Positions 12,501-23,657 of a stretch of 64,000 nt of DNA are shown here, piece after piece; the stretch's first letter is position 1, and each line of letters begins with the position of its first letter. Both the position numbers and the translations under genes were made by a program. Source of the stretch: Oopsacas minuta. Its lineage: Eukaryota; Animalia; Porifera. Below the pieces are notes generated by a model, which was not told the DNA's origin, made no database searches, and was given only the letters and a program-made list of their open reading frames with translations. The stretch lies in NCBI GenBank assembly GCA_024704765.1, contig JAKMXF010000309.1, positions 349,887-413,886 of the forward strand, read 5' to 3'.

Positions 12501-13634
12501 ACCTTATGGAGCTTCTAGAGATAAAATCCGCGAGATTTTCGTGGTTTGTGGTGAAATCGTAAATATACGTTTAGAATCTAAACGAAATCAATCAGAATTT
12601 CTCGGATTTGGTTATGTACAGTTTAAAGAAATAGAATCAGTGACGTCAGCATTGAAATTAGATAGAACAATGATGAATGATAGATTACTGTATGTTACAA
12701 GATTTGTTTCTAAATCGTGTCCTATTGATATGCGACCTCAGAAATATGATCGAGTATTAGACAAGAAAACTTTGTATTTGAATAAACTGCCATTTGACCT
12801 GGATAGAGGGAAGCTGGAGGAGATTGTAGGGGGATATGGTGGGGTTAAGCAAGTACGGCTTATGACTACTAGGAAAGGTGAATAATCAAAAACAGAGATT
12901 CAACCCACTATATGCTTATTAGTTATTTACCCATGGATGGTGGATATAGTTAATCTGCTTGGATGTTTTTCTAGGTCATTTTGAGGCATTCCTCGCTTGG
13001 TTGGAGTGGGATTTATTTGTGTATACAGTCAACTCATGACATATCGAAGCTCAAGTAACCGCGATAATTACTTCGATATACCCCCGACGAGTATGTTACT
13101 TTGATGGTTCGGGGCCATATTTGTGGTATTTCTATATATCCGTGTTTGATATAACGGGAGTTTACTGTAACACAAAATAAACTAATCCAACATCCATGGT
13201 TTAATAACTAATTACATATATAGTAGCAATTTCTGAAATAATAATATTTTCTGTATATTACTATAGGTAAGGCAAAAGGATGGGCTTATGTAGAATTTGA
13301 AGAAGAGACTTCAGCAGCTAAAGCACTGCTAGGATTAGACCAGTTACAAATAGGAGATAATAAAATTTCTGCTTCTATTTCTAATCCTCCTCCCAGTAAG
13401 AAGAGAGATGATTGGATCACAAGGAAAGAGACAGGGGTTAAAAAGGTGGAGCATAAGAAAGAACCTATTCCTGAGCAAGGGAAGCCAACGCGGAAAGGTC
13501 TCCATGATCGTAAAACACAGGTAATGCTGCTACCAAGATCTGTGAAGTTACATACACAGGGTGATGTGGAAATGGAGCAAGAGATATCTAAAGGAATGAG
13601 CAATGAAGATTTTAGACAAATGATGAAGAAATGA
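9575..13634 (+). CDS. SART3: SART3/Prp24 U4/U6 recycling factor, multi-exon
   Basis: HAT repeats (LWTDWLKDE, RQVYERAI, CMYERCL..HPLNEGVWIEY), RRMs (VFISNLPY, GFGYVQF, KGWAYVEF) and C-terminal LSm-binding motif MSNEDFRQMM. Confidence 0.9.
10098..10221. mobile_element. MITE family B (Tc1/mariner-pogo/Tigger-like), dispersed
   Basis: TIR consensus CAGTCAACTCCCGTTATATCGAA with TA duplications. Copies at about 10098-10221, 13026-13167, 14426-14574, 18097-18274, 20601-20733, 22075-22136, 22547-22601, 24838-24911, 30138-30235, 34005-34193; variant 40377-40516; fragments near 38926, 47689, 54688. The full copies are intronic. Confidence 0.8.
10757..10856. mobile_element. MITE family C (hAT-like), dispersed
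   Basis: TIR CAG(C/G)GGTTCC(C/T)AACC...GGTTGGGA(G/A)CC(G/C)CTG. Other copies or fragments at about 13752-13940, 21194-21290, 21598-21665, 25403-25464, 37926-38320, 43918-44083. Confidence 0.75.
11280..11428. mobile_element. MITE family A (long TIRs, superfamily unresolved), dispersed
   Basis: TIR approximately CCCCTATATGCTTATTAG..TTAACCATGGATGGTGGAT with core GAGGCACTCCTCGCTTGGTTGG. Copies at about 11280-11428, 12904-13225, 15718-15869 (inverted), 16792-16945, 36413-36565, 37204-37381. Confidence 0.8.
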
Positions 13635-14004
13635 AGCATTGATTGGTTTGACTATTTAGCTGTTAATTAGCTATCAATTAGAGTTCATCTACTATAAGAG
13701 ATAATACGTATAATAATATACGCATTTATGCATTTGTTGCTTGCTATAGAACAACGGTTCCCAACCTGGGGTCCTTGGTGGTCTACGAACAACAGGAAGC
13801 GGTTTACAGAAAATATTACCTTCTATGGGAGGGTATCCACAGATTGTGTTTAAATTGGTATAAGGGGTTCACGGGTGGAAGAAGTTGCTGCTACAGGGGA
13901 ATAAATCTCCCATATTGGTTCGGGAAGGTTGGGAAGTATGCCTTGGGTAGAATGTTCGAGTTATAACAGCCTTATTCTTTACAAATAAATTCTAGCTTTT
14001 AATA

Positions 14005-15320
14005 ATGGCTTGGAGATTGTACCCCCCAATAATATCACTAGTACTCAACTCATCAACATCACTAAGAAAAGTAGAAGAAGAGCTGAAGAAAGACAATTCA
14101 GATATAAACACAGTAGATACTACGTCACGTACTGCACTACACTACTGTATACTACAGGAACAAGGGACTGTTAAGTCTACTGCTTATGAATTGGAAACTA
14201 TAATGGATGATAGCAACAAAGGAGACTGTAGAGCTGCTAGAGATATGGCTGCAGTACAATGGTTACGGCTACGTAATGCTAGTATGGATGAGATTAATGC
14301 TTGGCCCAGAAGGCTAGCTATTGCGTATTTACTATTGTCTAATGGTGCTAATCCAAATGTGAAAGATTACGGAGGTTTGATTAACTGCTCACTTCACATA
14401 GCGGCTATACTTGCATGTATTTATACAGTAAACTCCCGTTATATCGAAGTTCAAAGGATCGTGACCGATGAAAATATGTTACTTTGATGGTTTGGGACCA
14501 TATGCGTATATTTAAGACTTCAATATAAGCGGGTATTTCAATATATCCGTGTACGATATAACAGGAGTTCACTGTATCTGCTTATACGTACTTGAATACC
14601 AGTATATGTGTCCTATAGGCTGGAGTATACTACGAGCTTGTGTACAGAAAGGAGACCTATTGCTAATACAAATCTTAATTCACTTCGGAGCTGATACGTC
14701 ATGTGCTAGTTTAACAGAAATAGCTTATAACAGAGGTAATGTATTATACTATTAATATCTATATAATGACGTCATTCAATTTATATGCAGGTAACATCCT
14801 ATGTTCCGTGTACATTGACAAACACAGTCTATCTTTGAAAGCTCAATGCAGAGGGACACTACGTCTTAACGGTTACGATCACAAGAAACTATTTGAAATG
14901 TTCCTACCCTCGCCGATGAAACTTTTCCTCAATTATAACGTGCTATTTCCTGGCTATGTTAAAAAGCTGATACCAATACGTACATTTACTGATCAAGATA
15001 TAATCACAAATAGGGTAAGGTATAATGACGTCATGAGTTTTATAGAATCACATGCTACAGAGGAGTTCTATATTAATAATATAGTATGTGAGAGCTCTGC
15101 TAGTTTGAAGCAAGATTTGGTTATGATAATGCATAAACTGTATAATGAAGATTGTTTTAAAGAGTTAACATACGAGGAGCCGCCCCTGCGAAAACCGCGA
15201 TATTCAATGGAGCAAGTGCCGGTTGAGAGAATGAAAAAGCTGGGTTTGTATCGTGATAAAAACTTGAAAGAACAGAAAAATAATAATAAAACTGGGCTAT
15301 GTAAGAAACAACGCTTTTGA
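14005..15320 (+). CDS. Ankyrin repeat and SOCS box protein (ASB-like), 3 exons
   Basis: Ankyrin motifs (TALHYC, LLLSNGANPNVKD, ILIHFGAD) and SOCS-box-like SLKAQCRGTLR...LPSPMKLFL. Confidence 0.7.
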
Positions 15321-15380
15321 AATAATTGTAGATCACATGTATGTTTATATTTTTCATACTAAAACTCCAAATAAGTATTA

Positions 15381-15445
15381 TGTATAATACCCATGGTCCC
15401 TGTATAATACCCATGGTCCCTGTATACAACCCATGGTCCCTGTAT
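15381..15445. repeat. 20-bp tandem repeat x3
   Basis: TGTATAATACCCATGGTCCC repeated three times between the convergent ASB and SDHB stops. Confidence 0.85.
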
Positions 15446-15553
15446 GTATACAACTATAAATGTATAGATAATATTTTTACATGATTGGTATATTATTAAT
15501 ATTAATATCACATGATTTATAGTGTAATTTGCTATAACATTATTATAGTAGTG

Positions 15554-16717
15554 TTACATTAACTTCTTTATTTCTGCTATAGCTTTTCCTGGATTTAAAT
15601 TCTTAGGACAAGTCCTAGCACAATTCATAATAGTATGACATCTAGAGGGATAACAATTATAATATATAGCATACATCCATGGTTTCTTTCTTATGGACAA
15701 ATAATTTGACGAAAGTGGTCTCCCCTATATGCTTATGAGATATGTAACCATGGATGGCGGATTTCTGTTATCCATCCAACCAAGCGAGGAGTGCCTCAAA
15801 ATGTCTTAGAACAACATCCAACGCGAAATCCATCATCCATGGTTAATATCTAATAAGCATATATGGGGATAACAAAATACCTGTATAGAGAGAATGGGTC
15901 ATGCAATTCTCGTAGTCTCTCCTCTGTATACTCATCTCTACTATCTATAATCCATCTGTAAGCCTGCAGGAGAGCAGCAGGTCCCAGATACTTGTCACTA
16001 TTCCACCAATATGAAGGACATGACGTAGAACAACATGCACACAGTATACACTCGTATAATCCATCTAGCTTAGCTCTATCATCTATACTCTGATATATTT
16101 GCTTCTTGCCTACACGTGTATTATCCTTACGTTTTAAATAAGGTTCTATCTCTTTGTATTGCTCGTAGAAGTGTGTCATATCTGGGACGAGATCTTTGAC
16201 CACGTACATATGTGGTAACGGGTATACCTACATATATTTTTAAAATAATGAGAACATGTTTCAGCTACACATGATGTACATCTAAATTAAGCATGCTAAC
16301 TGGTGGCATTTACTAAATACATTCCATATCCGTTGCCATGGAAACATAAGAGTTACAAACCTTGCATACATTAGAAGTATCAGTATTAATTTTACACAAA
16401 CAAGCTAGTGTATTTGTTCCATCTATATTCATAGCACAAGATCCACATATTCCCTCTCTACAGGATCGTCTGAATGTTAAAGTAGGGTCTATTTGATTCT
16501 TAATGTCTATGAGTGCGTCTAGCACCATAGGACCACATTTATCCAGGTCTAGAGTGTATATTTGTTGTCTGGGGGAGGTGCCTGGGGTGTCTGGATTCCA
16601 TCTGTATATAGAGAAGCGTTTGTTACGAGGTTTAGGGGTAGTAGCTGGTGCTGTTGAAAAACAGCGGATGAATGTACTCGTGATGTTTGTACGTAATATT
16701 CTTTGTAATTGATTCAT
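15554..16717 (-). CDS. SDHB: Succinate dehydrogenase iron-sulfur subunit, 3 exons
   Basis: [33 protein letters not shown]; last exon [21 protein letters not shown] translated manually; N-terminal transit peptide. Confidence 0.95.
16317..16352. repeat. Short dispersed intronic repeat containing an RFX X-box
   Basis: ATACATTCCATATCCGTTGCCATGGAAACATAAGAG here, at 26531-26566, and inverted at 19387-19420. Confidence 0.75.
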
Positions 16718-17129
16718 TGCTAACTTTAGAAGTGTAATATATTTATGCCCCAAACCTATGAAAATATGATTATGCTGTTTCAACGAAAATGGTCCCCTAT
16801 ATGCTATTTGACCATGGATGGTTATTTAGTTTACCTGCTTGGATGTTGTTCTGGGTAATTTTTGAGGCACTCCTCGCTTACTTGGAGGGTCTCGATATAA
16901 CATAGCAGAATTCCACTATCCGTGGTTATAATTTAATAAGCACAACACCCTGTCCCACTTTTTTGAAGAATAAAATTGGGGTTAATATAATACTTGGTAT
17001 TAACTAATTGATAATTTTATGAAATCAAACAGGTTTGGTATATAAGCACGATAAGATGAGTACATATAGGATTAGTAGAAATTTTTATGAAAGTGATTTC
17101 TCGGTTGTTAATAGTAGTTACATATACTA

Positions 17130-18508
17130 CTATATGTCATTACCAGGATGGGTTGATTCTTCGCTAGCTGGTGGTGGTTGTTCAGTATCAAAAATTTGAG
17201 CTATTTCTACTTCAGGATTACCGATGTCTTTTTCAGGGATATCATTTGTGATATTGTTATTCGAGACAAGCTCTTCTTCTTGAGGCTTAATTAGATCTGT
17301 GTTTTCTTGATCTTTTGTTGGGCTGGACTCTGTTATACTTGTAATTAGCTTCCCATCTTTCAGTTCTTCTGTGGAAGTATTCTCTGATGGATTTTCTGAA
17401 GAAGTTTCAACTAAATTTGCAGGATTTTCAGTAGCATATTCAGCCAAATTTTCATGATTTACTGAATCATTCACAGTCAATTCCAGATTATCCACACCAT
17501 TTGCAGCAGTATTATCTGCATTATTTTCAGCATTTCCTGTAGTATTTATATTCATATTAACATCTTCTACCTGTGTATCATCTATCAGCGTACTCTCCAA
17601 TTTCTCTGTAATATTTCTCTCATCTCCCTCTATTCCATCTAACTGTGTATTATCTAACTCAGTCTTTTCACTAGTCTGTTTATCCAATGCTACATCTTTA
17701 GTAGCAGCATCTAGCTCTATAGTGACATCACCAATCTCTGTGTTTAACCCTTGCTTTATACCAGTATCCATGGTGTTATCGGCTATATCAGGTGATATCA
17801 CTGTCAGCTCAGTATTTCCCTGGGTAGCTATATCTACTGTGTTATTTAATTCATCCATGGTGTCTTCTATATTGTTTGAAGAAGTTGGTAAAATTCTAGC
17901 AATCTCAGATGTTTGTTGATTATCGTCCATGTCAATAGAATCTGATAGGTTTGTATCATTCATAGAAGTGTTAGTATTCGCGTTTACAGGTTCGGGTTGC
18001 TCTATTTCCTGTGGTATTGATTTTGTATTTTCCTCTTTTGTCACTATACATTGAGGCTGTTCCAGTTTCTTCTCCATTTCTTGAAAAATATATATACATG
18101 TCAACTCTCGTTATGCCGTACATGGATATATCGATACCCGCTTGTATGGAAGCCTGAAAGTGTACAGATATGGTCCCAAACCGTCAAAGTAACATATATT
18201 TAATCTGCTATTAGAACTCGACTTATATCGAATTATTGCGGTCACTCCAGCTTCGATATAACTGGAGATGATTGTATATTAACAATTCAACTACATAAAT
18301 TCCAATTGTACATACCTGTATCTATGGCATGCTTATTAGCTACCATTAGTGATTGATCTTGTGAGTAGCCTCTCGAGTAATCGTGTGTATAGTGTTCACG
18401 ACGTGGGGTGGGGTCACACGTATTATCAGATGATTGGTTATCCTTCTGAGGAGCTCCTCTAATCTCCCTCACCTGTATGGATCGTGACGTAGAGCATATT
18501 GTACCCAT
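17130..18508 (-). CDS. Unknown acidic low-complexity protein with an MGxxCS N-terminus, at least 2 exons
   Basis: Exon 1 ORF MGTICSTSRS... with phase-1 donor ACAG|GTATGT joins a phase-1 acceptor (TTTCAAG|AA) of a D/E/N/T-rich ORF 17130-18104. Confidence 0.6.
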
Positions 18509-18559
18509 CTAGCTAGCTAGCGTATATTTGTTATTGTTTACTTTATATTCATATTATAT

Positions 18560-18627
18560 CAGTCGATACTAATTATAAGAACATGTACTGCTACTCCCAA
18601 AGGCCTTATTATAACCGTTACCCACTG
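18560..18627. mobile_element. MITE family D (65-70 bp hairpin, Tc1/pogo-like), dispersed
   Basis: TIR CAGTAGATACCGGTTATAAGAAC with mostly TA flanks. Copies at about 18560-18627, 23264-23331, 27388-27450, 34652-34712, 38982-39045, 49654-49717. Confidence 0.75.
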
Positions 18628-18677
18628 TAATGGGGGATTTAGCAGGAACCGAAGAAATATTCGGTACATACCATTAC

Positions 18678-18690
18678 GTTGCCTAGCAAC
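18678..18690. promoter_or_regulatory. RFX X-box-like site
   Basis: GTTGCCTAGCAAC about 170 bp upstream of ATG 18508. Confidence 0.45.
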
Positions 18691-18814
18691 ATTACAAATA
18701 TTTGATCCATCAATTCATGAACAATGAATATATTCTCTACTACATATATATCACTAAGGTGTTCTCATATACATACTAACTCTATGATATATAAATAGGA
18801 ATGATATATGACAG

Positions 18815-21057
18815 CTATTTGGTGACAGCTTCAGCGGTCTGTTTGCCCAAATACTCCCAGTTATGTACCATCATCTTCTGGATAGCTAGTAACGCCTCCA
18901 TTCTTAGACTGGAGTCTTCACTGTGCAAGAGACGCATTATAAGTTCCTTTGCTCCTTCTCTCTCAAGGATTGTTTTACCTAATTTCACAAGATCGTTAAA
19001 ACTGTAACAAATATAATCTGTAATACAATGTAACTGCTACAAAGGGGGCTGTGGAAACGGAGTGAAAAATAAAAAGAGCGAATTGCTAGTCCCATTTTAA
19101 TGTTTGTGAAGGTTTCACTGTAATAGCTTACCTCTGGGATAATATCGTACATATTGTCCTAAATCGTGAGCAGCAATAGATAGAACCTGATCATTCCTAG
19201 ACTCTTGCAGATAATTGATTAGTAAATAAACTATCTCAAATCTGTTCTCATTCAATCTAGGAGCACACTCCCTCCAGAACTTCTCACTACGATGTACAGG
19301 GGACCATTCAAGGGTCCCTGATCTAACCTCTGATACATACTCATCAAATGTACTGATGTCCTAGAATAGTAAAGTTATGATAAGTCCTTATGTTTCTATG
19401 GCAACAGAAATGGAATGCATCATAGTTAATTCTAAATTATTGCCTATAATGTGGATCATGAAGATGCGCAATTAGAAGCGCGTATATTGACAAATTTCGC
19501 GAACACCCAAGATAATACCTGTAATGTAGTCTCGAGTTGTGTGAAAACAAACATTGTATCATCAGTTAATTCGTCATCTTCTAGGTCCTGGTCTTTCAAC
19601 ACACTTAATTGTAAATGTACTTTCTTTTGTATTAGCGTTACTGCGTTCTTCTGTTGCTCTGATATGCTCTCTGGTTTAGATAAGAGATTGCGGAATGTAG
19701 CAACTATCAAACGAATTATCTATTGATTGAAATGAAGAGTAAATTACAGTGAACATCTACAAATGGGGTGTTAGGGACGTCAAAAATGCTACCTTGTGTG
19801 TGGAGGTTCATTTTAAGGGGCTAGGAATTCGCTCTATTTGTTTGTAGAAGTTCACTACTGGAATTTAGTTTAGTAACCAAATAGAATAATTACAAACCTT
19901 CTGTTTCGTAGAATGCTTTAGTATATCAGCTAGTACAGGTATAACATGATGTTCCTTATCAGTAAGTTTGATACACACGTTAGGATTGAATGATAGTAAC
20001 CACAGAGAGAATAATAAGTTGTATTGTAGTTGTAGACCTTTCTTAGAGATTAGCAAATCTATCATAGGTTTTATACTGAATTTCTTTATGTAATATACCC
20101 TGTATGTATCTGTACGTAGCAAGTACTGGAGAGCTACTGCACAGCTGGTTAGGTATTCAGAACTCTGCATACGAAACTGTTGTGTTACCCACTGTAGGAA
20201 TATATCTTTATTCTCATCTGGCATCTGGTAGTGTGCTAGCATTGTGAAGCGACCTGTTATAGATAATAATGTAATCATATAGTAATTTATGGATAGAGGA
20301 GAACGCGTCAAATATCAAATTATTCTACATACAGGAGGTTACACTATACTTAGTTTTCTGGTAAATACACACAGATACCTATCAATAAAGCAGCCATGTA
20401 TTGAACGAATGGATGTTTAACATTCAGTAGATTAACCAGAGGGAGTGTAGGGTCTACACTATCTTCCTGATTCATGTACTCTAGGAAATAGCGAATACGA
20501 TCCTTATCTCCTTCTATAAAATCGTGTATAAGTGCTAAAAAGTGTTTCAAATGTCTGTCATCTCGCATCTAAAAATAATTCGATAATTCAAATAAATATA
20601 CAGTCAACTCCCGTCATATCGAAGCTCAAGCAACCGCGATAATAACATCGATATAACAGATGGAATATGTTACTTTGACAGTTTGGGAACATATTTGTAC
20701 CATTTTAGATTTTGATGTAACGGGAGTTGACTAAACATATAAAAGTATAAATGTTACCTTTAACATCTTGAGGAATATTTCTACGTGTTTAACTCCATTC
20801 TGTCTTATCATAGTGTCCTGCGTGTGTGGATGATCTGCATTAACTAGTTCTGATAACTGTGAAGCTTCAGCTTTGCTAATAATTGAATTAGGTAGCGAAT
20901 TCCAATGTATCTTTCTGTCTCCATGGAGAATAGCTTCCGCCTCTTTAAGTAGTGAGTCTTCTATTGCAGGGGGTGATAACCCGCTCATGGTGTCTGGGCC
21001 AAAGTTGTTCCCATAGTTACCAGATGCGGGAAGTTTTTCATATTTACTTCCACTCAT
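18815..21057 (-). CDS. ATP6V1H: V-type proton ATPase subunit H, multi-exon
   Basis: [36 protein letters not shown]; manually translated C-terminus [33 protein letters not shown]. Confidence 0.9.
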
Positions 21058-21851
21058 AACTAAGTAACTGATAAACAAGAATTGTTAATACTAATTTCCA
21101 TAGAAGTTTACACTCAAATAATAAAGTTTGAAAAGCTAATATGCAAACCAAATGGTAATTGTCATTGTCTCCTAAAAGTTTCAGCCATTAATACAGTGGT
21201 ACCCAACCTTTATCACCCATGGATCCCCTCCCATAGGCTGCAATACACAAATGACACCCTGCTGTTGTCTATGGTGAGGTACCCCTACCTTAATCTATTA
21301 TAGTTTAGCTGTGCATCGTCTACGGAGAAAATAATAAAAATTGGATATTATTATGAAAATTAAGTGTATATAAATCCTATATAGGATTGTACGAGTATAC
21401 TGAATACTCTCATATACACATACAATGTATTGCTTCCTTGTGTATATGAGAAGCTAATTAAGTTCTGTTCATTGAGACTGCATCTGTCTTAAGAATGTGC
21501 AAGTTATACGTATAATGCAGCTGTATTATACATAGATAATTTGGATATTGGTAATTTCTCGTATTTTAAATATGGTTATTAAATGGGGAATACTCTCATA
21601 CGGTCCCAAACCTGGGTCAATAGGACCCTTGGTGGTCAACGGACGATAGCAGGGGCCTACAGGTGAACCTCTGGTATGTTTGGTTCCATTCGATCTCGGT
21701 TGTAATTACTGAGGAGGCCTTGGTCTAGAATTTATATGAACAATATATAGTATGTACATTTCAAGTATTAAAATTTATTATCTATATTAGTGAAATGAGG
21801 TGTAAAAATTCGCGAGTTCTTTAACTCGTAACGGAATTATTAATACGGTAG

Positions 21852-23248
21852 CTAGTCAACTCCATGCGCGAATATAATAACAAATCCTGGATCTCTCATC
21901 ATAGCCTCTCCCATGTGTTCATTCTCACAGGCCATTAGTACTATAGCTTGTTTGGTAGGAATTCGTTTTGGTACGAATTCTTCGTATCTGTGTCTGTTAG
22001 ATTGACGGGTTTCTAGCATGCTAAGACCTGGAGGCCATCTGTAATAGAAAGTTAAAGATTATTCTAAAGATATACATTGTCAACTACCGTTATATCGGAG
22101 GTCAAGAGACCGCGATAATTATACGGGAGTTGGCTATAGTTCCAATAGAATACATTGAAATCTTGCTTTTACGAAACTATATAAATTGTACAATGTTTTT
22201 CGATAAATATTCAAATTCTGATAATTAATACACTATAATACTACATACCTTCTCTCATGTGAGTTACTAATCAGCTGTGTAGCTAGCTCTACAGGACACC
22301 CACTATCTATAAGAGCTCTCTTAACCATAGCCTGTAGCACTGAATCAGGTGTAGATATCATTCCTCCCCATCTGCTTATCCTTGCTCTAGACAGAGAGGA
22401 TAACCATTTGACTCTCTCTCTAACTGAATCTGTTTCTGCTTCTGTTGTTAAGCCAGCTGATATGGAGGATATACGGAGATTACGTACTATCTCTTTGACT
22501 AGCAATATCTCATGGTGTTGATCTGATACTACCTGCATATTTGTATGCTGTTAACTCCTGTTATATCGAAGCTCAAGGGACCGCAATAACAGGTTACACT
22601 GTAATATTAATTACCTGTTTGAGTTCTTTAAGCTGAGAGCTAAGCTTAAGGATATTCTCATCTCTCTCCCTCACCATAGAACCTAGCGTAGATAGACAGC
22701 TGTGTTTTGACAGATGACGTACTTCTATTAAACAGCCACAACCATCCTCACATTGAACCTATAAATATATATATATGTGAAATTTCGCACGAATATATAA
22801 CTCATTATTAGAACTAACTTGACGAGTAGGATTGAAGTTACACATATCTAGATGTGTGTGTAAAGATTCTAATGGCATTCTCTCTATACAGCCTAGTTCT
22901 CTGTTGTTACAGCTGATAGACAGTTTACCTATACAATTGTATTATCCGTATAATATACAGTTATATGGTGAAATTCCAGATTTTAAGTCTGAATCACTTA
23001 TCAATTTTCAAAGTCTTACCTAGTAAATTCCTAAGTATCCTTGGCGTGGGTATGAGATCAGTCGGTATAACCAGGTTTCTATCTATGGGACACACATTCT
23101 TATGTCTAAGCCATTCACTTATACACAAGTCACAGAAAGCGTGTTCACACTGTCTAAACTGTACTGGACTCTCCAGGACCATTCTGCATATAGCACATAG
23201 TAATTCTTCATCAACTGCTTCCTCGAACCTGCCCAACTCATAACCCAT
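21852..23248 (-). CDS. RNF41: E3 ubiquitin ligase NRDP1, 4 exons
   Basis: MGYELGRF..VDEELLCAIC..CEHAFC..CPIDR RING; RARISRWGGMISTPDSVLQAMVK; WPPGLSMLETRQ..AIVLMACENEHM. Confidence 0.92.
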
Positions 23249-23657
23249 ATTTCTAGCTTATTACAATGGATACCGGTTAGTAGAACAACCTTGGGAGTAG
23301 CAGTATATGTTCTTAAAACCGGCATCTACTGTATTAGTAAATGTATTTATTGTCGCTGTACAAAATAATTTGTACTTTTGACGTATGTGTATAAACATAA
23401 CAATAACATCAACAACAACATGAGTAATAAGGAGCTAACCAATCTGCAAATATATACAAATGTAAAATTTAGAAAAGAACTAAAAGTAATATTGCAGGGA
23501 ATATTCATTAAATTCTGGTTAGCTTCTATTGTGAGTGGTGGTTGATGGGAGAAGGGGAGTACTACGTCATTCAAAAGGGAAGTAGCATTTGCAGGCTGTA
23601 AATAGCCGAATAATAATAAGCCAATCAAGTGAATCGATTGCGCGGTTTTTAGTACGT

